Shown here piece by piece: positions 27,640 through 38,499 of a stretch of 64,000 nucleotides of DNA. Every line of letters starts with the position of its first letter. Position 1 is the stretch's first letter. The DNA comes from a virus: positions 1-64,000 of IMG/VR virus record IMGVR_UViG_3300005690_000024; one strand, given 5' to 3'. The position numbers and the translations under genes are program-made. Under the pieces are notes generated by a model, which saw nothing but the letters and a program-made list of their open reading frames with translations, was not told where the DNA came from and made no database searches.

Positions 27640-28311
27640 ATGTCGAGATACATGATCTTTCTGGAAGACCGTGAAGGTGCTCCAGATACGGTGCCAGAGT
27701 ACTTGAAGTCTGTTGGTCTTGAAGACCATGCTCAGGGCGCAGAAGTGATGGTGGTGACAGCCAAGGAGTCCTTCACAGGGCAGCCTGGCAAGTTGATTGC
27801 ATGGAAAGCGATCGGCGATAACCAGCATCGGATCGATCAGGAGAAGCAGATCTACATTCACAACAAGCGGAATAACTACCATGTTGTGATCTGGAAGGAT
27901 GCTCCCCCGAAAGAGGCTGAGTTGCGTCGGGAGAAGACTCAGGGCGGAAAGTTCATTCGTTTTGGTGAAGACGGCGATCAGTCATCATGGAAGATTGCCG
28001 CACACGGACAGATCGATCAGCGGATTCACTTTGAAGACGATGAGTCGGTTCGGTTCACTCCGATTCGGAAGTATGCGTGGTTCGTTGATGAGTGCCAGAA
28101 GATCCTAGAAGAGACGATGACTATTGAAGGTGATTCGGTCTCTTACAAGTACAGCATGGCGGATGCGGCGGCACTTGTGCTGAAGAGTCTGCGGATCAAT
28201 TATCGGATCACTCCCGAAGTTGTGAACCATTTGAACCTGCTGACGATCAAGAACATCAGTGATGCGTATCAGGCGATTCTCGGCCTGAACTTCAAAGCGG
28301 AAGACGAGTAG
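27640..28311 (+). CDS. Tail assembly chaperone (putative)
   Basis: Between tail tube and tape measure. Confidence 0.55.
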   Translation: MSRYMIFLEDREGAPDTVPEYLKSVGLEDHAQGAEVMVVTAKESFTGQPGKLIAWKAIGDNQHRIDQEKQIYIHNKRNNYHVVIWKDAPPKEAELRREKTQGGKFIRFGEDGDQSSWKIAAHGQIDQRIHFEDDESVRFTPIRKYAWFVDECQKILEETMTIEGDSVSYKYSMADAAALVLKSLRINYRITPEVVNHLNLLTIKNISDAYQAILGLNFKAEDE

Positions 28312-28330
28312 AGAAGACGGGACTTAAAGT

Positions 28331-28361
28331 AGCCGCTGGCAATTGCTGGCGGCTTTTTTTT
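28331..28361 (+). terminator. Rho-independent terminator
   Basis: AGCCGCTGGC-AATT-GCTGGCGGCT then T-tract. Confidence 0.75.
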
Positions 28362-28384
28362 GGCGAATAGAGCGGAAGCGACAG

Positions 28385-31300
28385 ATGTCTAACGAAATCG
28401 ATATTCAGTTACAGAACTCACAGGCATTCGGCCAGTTGCAGAGTGGGTTCACTGCAATTGAGAAGAACATGGCGAGCATCGTCGTGACCCTCGATCAGAT
28501 CGTGAAGGCATCGAAGCATGCAGAGGATGCGCAGAAGAAGGCTGCTGAAGGGCCGCTCGATTCGATTAAGAAGGCACGAGATGCAGTACGCGCATACCAG
28601 AAGCAGGTAGAAGAAGCTGGCAAGGGGACACCACAACTTGCGACTGCGATTGCACGGTTGGCGGATGCGAGAGCAGAACTAACTCGCCAAGAGCGTACAG
28701 CATCTTTAACGATGAACACGACGATCGGAAGAGTCGTGCAGTACAATGCACTTGGTACAGCCGTTAGTACGGTGTCTGGCAACTTGAAAGAGATGTACCA
28801 AATCGCAAGATCAGCAGCAGAAGCTGCTGGGATGAAGAACATTGCGATGGGTGCAGACAGTCTCAATAAGTCTCTTCAGACGACAGTGACACTCCAGAAG
28901 CAGGTGAAGCAATCACAGGACACGACAGCATCGTCCAGTGGCGTAAAGAGTATGGAGGTAGCCACCGATAGCCTGAATCAGTCACTGAAAGAGACGATTG
29001 ATCTCCAGAAGCAAGCAAAGCAGGCGAGTGACAAGCTTTCGGCGTCAGGTGGAACACAAGGGATCACCTCTGGTGTCGATGCGTTGAATAAGTCGTTGCA
29101 AGACACGATTGATCTTGAGCAGAAAGCAAAGCAAGAGCACGATCAGTTAGTTGCATCTGCATCAAAGTCAATCAACGTGGGTATTGTGACTAAGGAGGCA
29201 GTGTCAACTGGTCGTGAACTTCAGTCTGTGACCGAGAATACGTCCAGTGCAATTCGGTCTCAGGAGGTTGTTCGAAAAGAGGTTTTGAATATTGCAAAAG
29301 AAGAACTGTCTATTCAGCAGCAGATTGTGAGAGCAATCAATGATCAGCAGGCGGCGTTCAAGAGTCGTGGTGGCAGGGGAAACATGTCGATTGCTGGACT
29401 GCGAAATCAATTGCAGGGAGTGTCTGGCGGTGACTTTGATGCAGCGTTCAGAGAACTTATTGCAAGCGAAGTGTTGCAGGCAAAGGTTGCGTCTAAGAAG
29501 AATACTGGCGCTGCGGGCAACTTCACAGATGGTGGTCGTGAATTCAGTCAGGTTTCTATTGGAGACCAAGAGAAGTTCCAGTCTGCAATGCGAGCGATGG
29601 CGGCTAAGGAACTTCAGGACGTTCCTAATCGGCAGGGTATGACAACCCGTGAGTTGTACGAGGCAACACGGTCTGCGCGCGAGTCTAGAAGGAGCATGCA
29701 GACACAGTTCTACAACGACTCTCTTGGTCAGAATGGTGGCGGTTTTCTGTACCACACGCTGATCAAAGAGGCGGAAGCGGACAGAAGGAAGGTCAGTGAT
29801 GATCTTCGCCGAGATATCACACAGCGACTCACGAGCGGTCGAAAGGATGAGTTGACGGCTAACCTTCAGGGGATTGAGAATCAACTGAATGACCCAAGCA
29901 CACCCAAGTCGAAGCGGGGATCGCTGTTCAAAAAGAAATATGCGATCGAACGTGAACTCAACAAGAATGACGAAGAGTACAGGAAATTCGTTGAGGAACA
30001 GAATGCGCCAAAGAAAGGATCACCAGACTACTTCCGAGCAAGGATTCGCGAAAAGGAAGACAAGCTTGGTCGAGAGACTGATGAAGATGCAAGGAATCGA
30101 CTTCGCCGAAGCATTGAGAGAAATAAAGAGTTCTTGAACAGGGCGGAGAACGCACCACGTCGACGCGATGGGATGGAGCGGTCACTTCGCACTATCAATG
30201 ATCAATTGGGTGCGTCTGGTTTGAGCGCAGACGCCCGCAAGTCGCTGTACGATCGTAAGTATCAACTTGAACGCCGCATGAGGCGTGATGAAGAGAGGTA
30301 TCAGAAGTACGTCGATAGGCAGGAGGCTGCGCCAAAAGGATCTCCAGACTATTACAGACGACAGATTCAGTTGAAGGAGGAGCAGTTAGGAAGAGAGTCA
30401 GACAAGAGTGTTCGGAATAAATTGTCTGAGTCCATTGACAAAAACAGACGCCTTCTTCAGAAGTCGGAAACGGGTCCAGGAAGACGCGAGCAGATGGAAC
30501 TGTCGCTTGCGGATATCGACAACAGACTTTCTCAACCAGGTGTTACTGCAGCGCAGAGGCGCAGGCTGTTTCAGCGGAAGCACTCACTTGAGCAGAGGAT
30601 GAGTCGTGATAGTGAGCGATATCAGCAGTTTGTGGAGCAACAGAATGCCCCTCCAGTTGGTTCGATTGATCATCACCGTCGCCTGATCAGGGCAAGCGAA
30701 GAACAACTGAACCGTGAGACGGACCCTGTCTTGCGTGAAGCGACACGACTTCGTGTTGAGAGTGAGAGAGACGTTCTGAGAAACCTAGAGAATCCTCCGA
30801 GCCCAAGTGAGCAGCGGCGACGGGACATTCAGGGGATTGATGAACAACTGGATAACCCAGCGCTAACGCCACCAATGCGTCAGGGGTTATTCGCGCGTAA
30901 GCATGCCCTTGAACAACAGATTCAAAATGAGCAACGAGCTTATCAGCGGTTTGTTGAACAGCAGAATGCGCCTCCAGTGGGTTCTCCCGATTCATTCCGT
31001 GATGTGATTCGTCATAACGAAGAACTGATGGGTAGGGAGAGTGACCCCGCAGTTCGTGAACGTATGCGACGTAGTATTGATGGCTATAGGAATCAACTTC
31101 GTGATGCAGAATCGCCACCAGGACGAATGGACCTACTCCGCAGGAGTCTCGGGGATATTGATGCCGAGATCGACCGTCCAGGGGTGGCGGGCTCAAGGAA
31201 GGCTCATCTGTATCATCAGAAGTACGTATTAGAGGAGCAGATTCGAGAAGAGTCAGAACAATACAAAAGATTCGTTGCCGCCCAAAATGCAGCTCCTGCT

Positions 31301-34300
31301 GGTTCTCCAGATTACTTCAGAGAGACGATACGCAGGCGAGAAGAACGAATGAGTCGGGAGTCTGACCCGGCTGTTCGAGAGAGACTTCGTGAGAGTATCG
31401 TGCGTAATCGCGAAAGGCTCCAAAACGCGGAGAGTCCAGTCACAGCGAACTCGCCAGCATTCTTTGATCAGGAGCGGCGGAAGTTGCAGGAGCAACGCGC
31501 GTCGATTCCAGCGGGTGACTCTGGTGCGATGAAGAAGAATGCACAGGATCTTCGTGATCTTGAGATGCAGGCTCGCCGCACAGAGCAGGAATACAGAACA
31601 CTCAATGCGACGATGACGGCAAGTGCGAGTGCTGGTACAGCGAATGAGTATGAGGAGAAGATCTCAGCATTGAAGACTCTCCAGAGTACGACGGCTGGAA
31701 ATTCGTCTGAGTATCGGCGACTGGGTGCCGAGATTAAGCAGACCGAGCGTGAACTGGCAACGTTCAAAGGCGAGATTGTCTCTACGTCAGGTTCTGCCGA
31801 TAAACTTGAAACAGATATCAAGCAGCTCCAGGACTCAATCAATAAACTTCAGCCAAACACCCCTGAGTGGAAGCGATTGAACGATGAGTTGTTCACGACA
31901 AAGCGTCGATTGGATGACGTGAATAAGCAGACAAAGCAATATCAGTCGATGCAGGGCAAGGGGTGGTTTGGTCGCACGTTCATGACGCAAGTCGGTGGCG
32001 CTGGAGGTACGGGACCTGGTGCTGGATTTGCGGGAACTGCTGTTGGTCAGATCAAGACATTGGCAGCAACATACCTTGGTCTGTACGAAGGCATCAACGC
32101 AGTAATGCGTGAAATGGAACACGGCAAGGAAGTTCTGCGAAGTCAGTACGACACAGGGATTGTAGGTCAGCAAGAACTTGTGCGACAGACGCCGAATATT
32201 GGAACCGAAGATATCGGCAATATGGCGAAGTGGGCACAGGAGAGCCAGAAAGAGTTGATGACGAGTCAGGAGAATATCCTGAACTTGGCAGGGTTCACAA
32301 AGTCTATGGGTGTGACAGACCCTGAAGGCATGAAGCAGATGACATCACTGGCGCTGAAGGCGACTCGTGGTGATGTTGAGACTGCGCGTGGTCTGCAGCA
32401 GTTGGCGTCAGTGTTGTTGAAGACTCAGGGTTCAAACAACTACAAGGGTGCTTTGGGACAAGCAAGGCAGATGGCAGAAGTGTCTGCGGGTGTCGTTGAA
32501 TCGATCTTCAACGCAAACATCTCAGACCGATTGGTGACGATGTCGATCGCATCGCAGAACCAGAAGATTGATGGTCTGTCTGTGGAGCAGATCATGGAGT
32601 TCATCGGCACTGGTTCGCGAACATTCTCGGATCAGTCGGGTGATAATATGTCCCGTGCTGTTCTGGTCGGTATTGACAAGTTGATCGATTTCAAGCCTCA
32701 GAAGTCGTACAAGGGTGCTCGCGTTCCAGACGAGGTGATGGCGGCGTACAAGGCTGCTGGATCGGTTCAGGAACGATATGACGTCGTTTCACAAAGCAAG
32801 GAACTCGGGTTTCAGTTTGCTGAGCGAATGGCTGCTGCACAAGGCCCGTTGGCTGGCATGATCGACAAGATGTTCACATCTTCTGAGTTTCGAAAGAACC
32901 TGCTTGAGACTCAGAAGCTTGTCACCCCTCTTGAAGAGGCGGGTCAGTTCCTTGACGAGCAGACTCAGGAACTGCAGAAGAACACTGAAGTACTTGGGAT
33001 TGTGAATTCCACGTTGATGGGTCTTCAGGAAGTGCGAACATCCCCAAAGGGGATCGCAAGTGGCGCGACACAGAAACTCATGGATGATGTGTCGAAAATC
33101 GACTTGGCTGGTGTAGACTTCATGGCAACAGCACAAGGTGCGCTTGCAGAGAACTTGGCACGAAAGGAGATGCTGAGTAGTGGAATGCCATACAATGAGG
33201 CAATGCTGAAACTTCAGAATGTGCAAACGATCATTCGTCAACAAAAATCGAAGGGGATGCCTGAAGACTCAGCAGCAATGATGCAGTTGCGTGAGATTGA
33301 GAATGGTCTTGCTGAACTTGCAGATAAGATAACGCAGGTGATGACTCCAGCAGAGAAGGAGTTGCGCGAGATCAATGCGAAGCTGACTCCATATGACACA
33401 AAACGTGCGCTCGCACCAGGGCAAATGGAGCAGAATCGACAGCGACGTGAAGAGATACAGGAGTTGAGAAAGCGTCGAGATGTTTTGCTTACGCCAGAGG
33501 GTCAGGCAGAGTTTAATCGTGACGCAAAGATGAAGGATAATATTCGCGGGGTATTCCGCGATGAAGTCAATGGCGGTGGTGCTGTTGGTGGCAAGGCAAT
33601 GCCGAAGGGTGTGATCAATATTCAGGGTGGCGGAGGAGGTCTCTTTAGCGTTCCGGCAGAAGTCTTACGAAAGGCTGCGATGCCTTCAAAGAAGACAGAC
33701 TTCCTGGGTGAAGTTCAGGCGGCAGCGTCAGCACTCAAACAAGAGCGAGAGGCGTCAGGTCGTGCTGCGTTCCCCAAGTCGAACAGGTTCGTAGAGAACG
33801 GTGCGTTGCGAGCACACATGGCAACGGGCAAGGTGGGAGACATCTTCAGTGGTCTACCAGCAAACGGGTCGTCTCTTCAGGCGGCAGGGATGGCTGGTAA
33901 TCTACGGGCGAAGATGGGAGAGATTGAACCTGGACTCATGGGCGCCGCAATGAGGCAGGCGAACGGGTATAACGGGTTCGTTGCTGCCATGAACGATCCG
34001 AATAGGCTCACGCCTGCCGAGAAAGAGCGAATCGCCAAAGCAGCAGCCGAGCGAATCGTCAACGGCGGTGCTGCGGCTGATCCAACGAACCTTGGGAAGC
34101 GATTCGGAAAAGGCAGCCCGATTGCGGTTGATTCAGCCTTCGTGCAAACAGGAAAGACATGGTGGGAGCGTGAGCAGTCAGCACAGGCGGCTGGTAATGT
34201 TCGGCTCGACATGGCGATGCCGGAAGGGTCAGCCCGCGCTGTGAGAGCCGCGAAGGCAAAGATGGAGGCAAAGCGACTGGGGCTTGTTCCTGTCGAAGAA

Positions 34301-35389
34301 CCACTGACAAAGAAGCAGTTGGCGACACCAGAGGGAAGGGCGGAGCAAAAGGCACGAGAACTTCGCGCGCAGCGTATTAAAGACCTCGGACTTGAGAATT
34401 CGATCGTCGATTCAGCAAAGGCGGCGTCGAACCAAGTGTCAGGCAACCTGAATGGCGGTCAGGATCGGTTCAGGGGGTTGCTGAAAGAGGCGGTTGACGA
34501 CGCGAAGGCATGGGAGGCGATGTCGTCACCAGAGGCCAAAGATCTTGTTGGTGCAATTGCTGATAAGCGTAGTCCTGATCCAAAGATGCCGTTCGGTGAG
34601 GTGGTTGTTCCGAAGAAGAAGAAGGTTGAGTCTGAGAGCATGCACCCTCCGATGGAGCAGGTCAAAGAAGCGGCACCTCCAATGGAGTCAGTGCCTGTTC
34701 CTGACCCGAACGTTCCAAACACGAACTGGCGTGAGGCCGTGAATGCATCCAGGATGTTTAGATCTTCGGAGGCTGCACCAAATAGCGAAGGGAACGATTG
34801 GTGGAATGCAAAGGCGTTCTACGGAAAGAACGTTCAGTCAGATGGCCTGGAAACCGGGATAGCGTTAAATGAAGAGGCCCTTCGGAGAATAGAGGCCGAT
34901 GCCAATGATGGTTTGGATGATCTGATAAAGAAGAGGGATGCTGCCGAACAAAAACTCGATGAAGGAAAGGCCAAGTTGGATAAAATCAAGAACGAAGGAA
35001 TGTCGCATCGTGAAGACAAGAAAATGTATAAGTCAGCCAATCCATTCTCCTGGTTCACTGGAGGTGCATCCAAGTTTATGGAGCACGATCGGAAGGAGAA
35101 GGAACAGATGCAGAAGTACGAGGAACTGCTACCAGCAGTAAAGGCTGATTTAGGGACGTGGCAAAATCTTGAGAGCGAAGTTCGGCAGAAGCAGAGACAG
35201 AAAGCAGCCACAACGAACGACGCTGTTATGCCTCAGTCCTCAGTGGACCCAGAGATGAAAGACATTCTCAAGCAGTTGGCAGTCGCGTTGATGGCGTTTG
35301 AGAACAAGTCAAAGGGCGTTGCTGTTCCAGAAGTCCGGACGGCAAGAATTCCGACTCCGAGACAGCCTGTTGCCACGAGTGTATCGTAG
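28385..35389 (+). CDS. Tape measure protein
   Basis: ~2334 aa helical protein after tail tube and chaperone; internal repeats; ATG 28385 preferred because the track start lies inside a terminator. Confidence 0.85.
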   Translation: MSNEIDIQLQNSQAFGQLQSGFTAIEKNMASIVVTLDQIVKASKHAEDAQKKAAEGPLDSIKKARDAVRAYQKQVEEAGKGTPQLATAIARLADARAELTRQERTASLTMNTTIGRVVQYNALGTAVSTVSGNLKEMYQIARSAAEAAGMKNIAMGADSLNKSLQTTVTLQKQVKQSQDTTASSSGVKSMEVATDSLNQSLKETIDLQKQAKQASDKLSASGGTQGITSGVDALNKSLQDTIDLEQKAKQEHDQLVASASKSINVGIVTKEAVSTGRELQSVTENTSSAIRSQEVVRKEVLNIAKEELSIQQQIVRAINDQQAAFKSRGGRGNMSIAGLRNQLQGVSGGDFDAAFRELIASEVLQAKVASKKNTGAAGNFTDGGREFSQVSIGDQEKFQSAMRAMAAKELQDVPNRQGMTTRELYEATRSARESRRSMQTQFYNDSLGQNGGGFLYHTLIKEAEADRRKVSDDLRRDITQRLTSGRKDELTANLQGIENQLNDPSTPKSKRGSLFKKKYAIERELNKNDEEYRKFVEEQNAPKKGSPDYFRARIREKEDKLGRETDEDARNRLRRSIERNKEFLNRAENAPRRRDGMERSLRTINDQLGASGLSADARKSLYDRKYQLERRMRRDEERYQKYVDRQEAAPKGSPDYYRRQIQLKEEQLGRESDKSVRNKLSESIDKNRRLLQKSETGPGRREQMELSLADIDNRLSQPGVTAAQRRRLFQRKHSLEQRMSRDSERYQQFVEQQNAPPVGSIDHHRRLIRASEEQLNRETDPVLREATRLRVESERDVLRNLENPPSPSEQRRRDIQGIDEQLDNPALTPPMRQGLFARKHALEQQIQNEQRAYQRFVEQQNAPPVGSPDSFRDVIRHNEELMGRESDPAVRERMRRSIDGYRNQLRDAESPPGRMDLLRRSLGDIDAEIDRPGVAGSRKAHLYHQKYVLEEQIREESEQYKRFVAAQNAAPAGSPDYFRETIRRREERMSRESDPAVRERLRESIVRNRERLQNAESPVTANSPAFFDQERRKLQEQRASIPAGDSGAMKKNAQDLRDLEMQARRTEQEYRTLNATMTASASAGTANEYEEKISALKTLQSTTAGNSSEYRRLGAEIKQTERELATFKGEIVSTSGSADKLETDIKQLQDSINKLQPNTPEWKRLNDELFTTKRRLDDVNKQTKQYQSMQGKGWFGRTFMTQVGGAGGTGPGAGFAGTAVGQIKTLAATYLGLYEGINAVMREMEHGKEVLRSQYDTGIVGQQELVRQTPNIGTEDIGNMAKWAQESQKELMTSQENILNLAGFTKSMGVTDPEGMKQMTSLALKATRGDVETARGLQQLASVLLKTQGSNNYKGALGQARQMAEVSAGVVESIFNANISDRLVTMSIASQNQKIDGLSVEQIMEFIGTGSRTFSDQSGDNMSRAVLVGIDKLIDFKPQKSYKGARVPDEVMAAYKAAGSVQERYDVVSQSKELGFQFAERMAAAQGPLAGMIDKMFTSSEFRKNLLETQKLVTPLEEAGQFLDEQTQELQKNTEVLGIVNSTLMGLQEVRTSPKGIASGATQKLMDDVSKIDLAGVDFMATAQGALAENLARKEMLSSGMPYNEAMLKLQNVQTIIRQQKSKGMPEDSAAMMQLREIENGLAELADKITQVMTPAEKELREINAKLTPYDTKRALAPGQMEQNRQRREEIQELRKRRDVLLTPEGQAEFNRDAKMKDNIRGVFRDEVNGGGAVGGKAMPKGVINIQGGGGGLFSVPAEVLRKAAMPSKKTDFLGEVQAAASALKQEREASGRAAFPKSNRFVENGALRAHMATGKVGDIFSGLPANGSSLQAAGMAGNLRAKMGEIEPGLMGAAMRQANGYNGFVAAMNDPNRLTPAEKERIAKAAAERIVNGGAAADPTNLGKRFGKGSPIAVDSAFVQTGKTWWEREQSAQAAGNVRLDMAMPEGSARAVRAAKAKMEAKRLGLVPVEEPLTKKQLATPEGRAEQKARELRAQRIKDLGLENSIVDSAKAASNQVSGNLNGGQDRFRGLLKEAVDDAKAWEAMSSPEAKDLVGAIADKRSPDPKMPFGEVVVPKKKKVESESMHPPMEQVKEAAPPMESVPVPDPNVPNTNWREAVNASRMFRSSEAAPNSEGNDWWNAKAFYGKNVQSDGLETGIALNEEALRRIEADANDGLDDLIKKRDAAEQKLDEGKAKLDKIKNEGMSHREDKKMYKSANPFSWFTGGASKFMEHDRKEKEQMQKYEELLPAVKADLGTWQNLESEVRQKQRQKAATTNDAVMPQSSVDPEMKDILKQLAVALMAFENKSKGVAVPEVRTARIPTPRQPVATSVS
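28850..29140 (+). repeat. Three 111-nt (37-aa) coding repeats
   Basis: D[SA]LN[KQ]SL..T[VI].L..[KQ].KQ at 28850, 28961, 29072. Confidence 0.75.
29860..31435 (+). repeat. Five 321-nt (107-aa) coding repeats
   Basis: GS[PI]D anchor codons at 30017, 30338, 30659, 30980, 31301, each exactly 321 nt apart. Confidence 0.85.
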
Positions 35390-35457
35390 GTAATGCCACA
35401 AAATGGGCGGTTCAATGTGCCGCCCAGTCATAATGAGTGAAAGAAAGGTTCCAGAAG

Positions 35458-35835
35458 ATGTCAGGTATCACGGCAGAACAAGCGGTTGAGATGATCCAGC
35501 CAGGCGAGAACCCATCCGATGCGTATACACGTATCTTCGCACATCAGTGCAAGCCATGCGACTTTCGCAGATGGTTCTCGATGCTGAAGCAGAGCAAAGA
35601 ATGCAAGGAGATCAGTGAAACCGTTGCGCAGGACATTAGTGTCCTGATCGAAGAGGGACTTGACGATCACGCGGCATTCCTGGAGATGTACCCGAACTAC
35701 GTGACGCATGCGGCATTCGACACTGCATGGATCAGGAAGAAACGTAAGAAGCCTGTACCTGTTGTTGAGGAAGTTGTAGAGGAAGACGCGATTTCTGAAG
35801 ATTTGGCAATCAATATCGACGCACCGCTCGTATAG
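35458..35835 (+). CDS. Hypothetical protein
   Basis: ORF after tape measure. Confidence 0.55.
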   Translation: MSGITAEQAVEMIQPGENPSDAYTRIFAHQCKPCDFRRWFSMLKQSKECKEISETVAQDISVLIEEGLDDHAAFLEMYPNYVTHAAFDTAWIRKKRKKPVPVVEEVVEEDAISEDLAINIDAPLV

Positions 35836-35841
35836 GTACTG
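35829..35841 (+). promoter_or_regulatory. CGTATAG motif copy
   Basis: CGTATAGGTACTG overlapping stop, 2 nt before ATG 35844. Confidence 0.6.
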
Positions 35842-35843
35842 AG

Positions 35844-36230
35844 ATGACTATCACGCACAACAGCATCGTGTTCCCACACATCTTCCACGAGAACCCACTG
35901 TATGGGCCGTTCCAGTCCCCTGTGACGGTCCAGACGTGGCTAGGCGTGCGTGGGGCGAAGGTCAGGACGTATTCCGCTCAGACGCGGGAGATCACGCTGG
36001 AGGCGACTCTGACGGGGTTCTCGACGGAGGCGGCATACAACGCAGCTCGCGTGTTGCTGGAGCAGTACAAGAACAACGGACTGAATGGCACGCTGACTAT
36101 CGATTCTACGTCGTTCACACTCTGTGTGTTCTTGGGGTGGGAACCGCGAGGTATTCACTTCTTGGATGGTTCTGGTCAGAACGGGTGGACTCAGTTTGGT
36201 CAGTTGAAGTGGTTGCAGGTTGCTAGTTAG
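35844..36230 (+). CDS. Distal tail protein-like
   Basis: Position; small beta protein. Confidence 0.5.
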   Translation: MTITHNSIVFPHIFHENPLYGPFQSPVTVQTWLGVRGAKVRTYSAQTREITLEATLTGFSTEAAYNAARVLLEQYKNNGLNGTLTIDSTSFTLCVFLGWEPRGIHFLDGSGQNGWTQFGQLKWLQVAS

Positions 36231-36238
36231 GGGTAATC

Positions 36239-38491
36239 GTGGTTGATGTAACAGAAGAGACAGCACTGATTGCGTATCAGCCGACGTGGGCGTGTCGTGT
36301 CTCCAGCGAGACAGACCCAGTTCACGGGGCGATGCCGCCGATTCTGAAGTCTGACCTGAGCACCATTCTGCTGCCACGTAAAGTCGGTGTGTACGCTGGT
36401 GGTCATCGTATGGACTATGCGGAGGTGGAGTTCATCTTGAGTGGTCCGATTCTGGATCAGGATCAGCCTGCTGAGTTCACGAAGATGGTCGATGTGTTGA
36501 TGCCGACCAGTGATAGTGAGCGAGAGGTCGGGGAAGACGGTAGTTTTGACTTCGAGACATCGAACAAGCGAGTGTTCCTCGGTGACTTCCTCGCCCAGTT
36601 AGATACGGTAAACAGCGGCGGTGAATCGATCAACGGGCAGGTGCAGATGCGCCCGAACTTGTATGGCATCCCATTTGGTGGCGTGAAGTGGTGGGATGTA
36701 CGGGAGTCTGAGTTCGTTGAGATCTCTGGCACCGATGCGATGTTCAATCCGAATATCGACGGTACTGTGATGCCGAATCGTTCGGATAAGAAGATCCCTG
36801 ATGACGATCAGGAAACCACATACGGATGGACGGACGCGGAAGTTGGCGTGAATGCGTTCTCGATGACGTATCACGATCAGATTCCATCGATGTTCACGCT
36901 GAAAGACGCAGTGGCGTCTGTGATGTGGACATGCAATCCAGATGAGGTGTTTATCAGGAATGCACGCAATGCAGACCTTGCAGTGCTGGATGATGCGCCA
37001 CCAGTTGAAGATGTGATCATTGAGGGTGGCAGGTACTTGCCGTTCTACCTTGACGCATTGCTGCACCCTGTTGGATACAACTGGACGACTGACTACGACC
37101 AGGAACCAGAGGAAGAGACAGAGACAAATCTTGAGTACGAGCGTCCAAAGATCCGGGTATTTAAGAAGGGTGTTGGTGATGAGGTCTACCTGAATTGGCA
37201 GCGTCCAGATGCTGTACTCGTGCTGGCGACAGGTAATGATGCTGCTTCAACAGGAAGCGATATCAACCAGTATGTACTGGCTCGCAATATTGGCGATTCC
37301 GTCAACCGAATTCGGATCTGGGGGGATTACATCCGAGCTGAGGTGACGGTTCCGCTTTACCCAGCCTGGCCCGCTGGTGATGATGAACTGACGGCTGAAG
37401 ACCTGGATAAGTCAGCGGAGGGGTCAGTCTACCAGTTGCATCGTGACGCTCACCGTCGATGGGTGGCGAACGAGAGCGGTGAGTGGTTTGGGTTGAGGAC
37501 GGGCACGTTCTATCCGATCCCAGAAGATCCACCAGACTTCAGTGCGATCTTTGCGCTGCCTGAGTATGTTGGCGCCGAAGAGGCGGAACGTGTCCATACG
37601 ACAACAATTCCGATCCGTCGCAAGATGGAAGGTCCGCTGACATATACGGGGACATCAGACAATCCTTCGCGTCGTGACTTGCACCTTGAGTTCAGCCTTG
37701 AGGGGCCGACATGGGCAGAGGTGATTGCAGGTGGTGAAGAGGCATTGGCAGCAGAGGCCGCGCGTGAGTGGATGCAGTGGCGAATCTCTGATGATGCTGA
37801 CGGAAATACGGGGCTTGGTTCGTGGTCTGTGATGGCAGACCAGATTGGGATTGAGTTCAATAACCAGCGTCCACCGATTGATGCTGACGACTATCTGGAA
37901 GCGTGGGAGGCAGGCAAGCTGCGACTGCGGATCACGGGTACGATCGTTTCAGACCATCGGCTGCATAATGACGAGGCAGAGCAGACGGCAGGGGTGTCAG
38001 CGAACGCCCGTGAGAATATTCTGGATCTGCATCTGCACCAGAAGTATCGGTACTGGTTCGTCGTGAAAGAGGGCATTGAAGACCGCCCTGAACTGGCTGA
38101 GTCGAAGTACAAGAGTGTACTTGCTGGTGAAGAGGCTGGTGCAGACGAGCATGACGATCGTGAAGCTATGAACGAGTATGCGATCGCATTGGTGACGCAG
38201 GCTCAGAACGCTGAATACGATCTTGACGCAGGTCTTCCAGGGTGGCACACGAACCTGAAGATTGGCGATCTGCTGGTGAAGATCAACGGGCGAAACATCT
38301 CGCTGAATCAGAGCGTTGATGATGAGCAGCCAGCGTATTGTCAGATCGTTGGTCTCGAATACGTGTTTGATGATCAGATGGGTCCAATGACGTTTCTGTT
38401 GGTGGATCGTGGAACCAAGTACGTTTCCGATGTGAACACGCGCCGTAAGCGTAGAGTCACCGATGGTGAGAACAAGCAATTCGTAGATTGA
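36239..38491 (+). CDS. Tail hub / central tail protein
   Basis: 750 aa, acidic; DSVNRIRIWG...AEYDLDAGLPG pattern; position. Confidence 0.6.
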   Translation: MVDVTEETALIAYQPTWACRVSSETDPVHGAMPPILKSDLSTILLPRKVGVYAGGHRMDYAEVEFILSGPILDQDQPAEFTKMVDVLMPTSDSEREVGEDGSFDFETSNKRVFLGDFLAQLDTVNSGGESINGQVQMRPNLYGIPFGGVKWWDVRESEFVEISGTDAMFNPNIDGTVMPNRSDKKIPDDDQETTYGWTDAEVGVNAFSMTYHDQIPSMFTLKDAVASVMWTCNPDEVFIRNARNADLAVLDDAPPVEDVIIEGGRYLPFYLDALLHPVGYNWTTDYDQEPEEETETNLEYERPKIRVFKKGVGDEVYLNWQRPDAVLVLATGNDAASTGSDINQYVLARNIGDSVNRIRIWGDYIRAEVTVPLYPAWPAGDDELTAEDLDKSAEGSVYQLHRDAHRRWVANESGEWFGLRTGTFYPIPEDPPDFSAIFALPEYVGAEEAERVHTTTIPIRRKMEGPLTYTGTSDNPSRRDLHLEFSLEGPTWAEVIAGGEEALAAEAAREWMQWRISDDADGNTGLGSWSVMADQIGIEFNNQRPPIDADDYLEAWEAGKLRLRITGTIVSDHRLHNDEAEQTAGVSANARENILDLHLHQKYRYWFVVKEGIEDRPELAESKYKSVLAGEEAGADEHDDREAMNEYAIALVTQAQNAEYDLDAGLPGWHTNLKIGDLLVKINGRNISLNQSVDDEQPAYCQIVGLEYVFDDQMGPMTFLLVDRGTKYVSDVNTRRKRRVTDGENKQFVD

Positions 38492-38499
38492 GGTGAGCG

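Noticed and set aside
27640-28385. Programmed G/GT-type frameshift in the tail chaperone
   Set aside because: No clear slippery heptamer and no sizeable downstream -1 ORF; a terminator follows within 20 nt.
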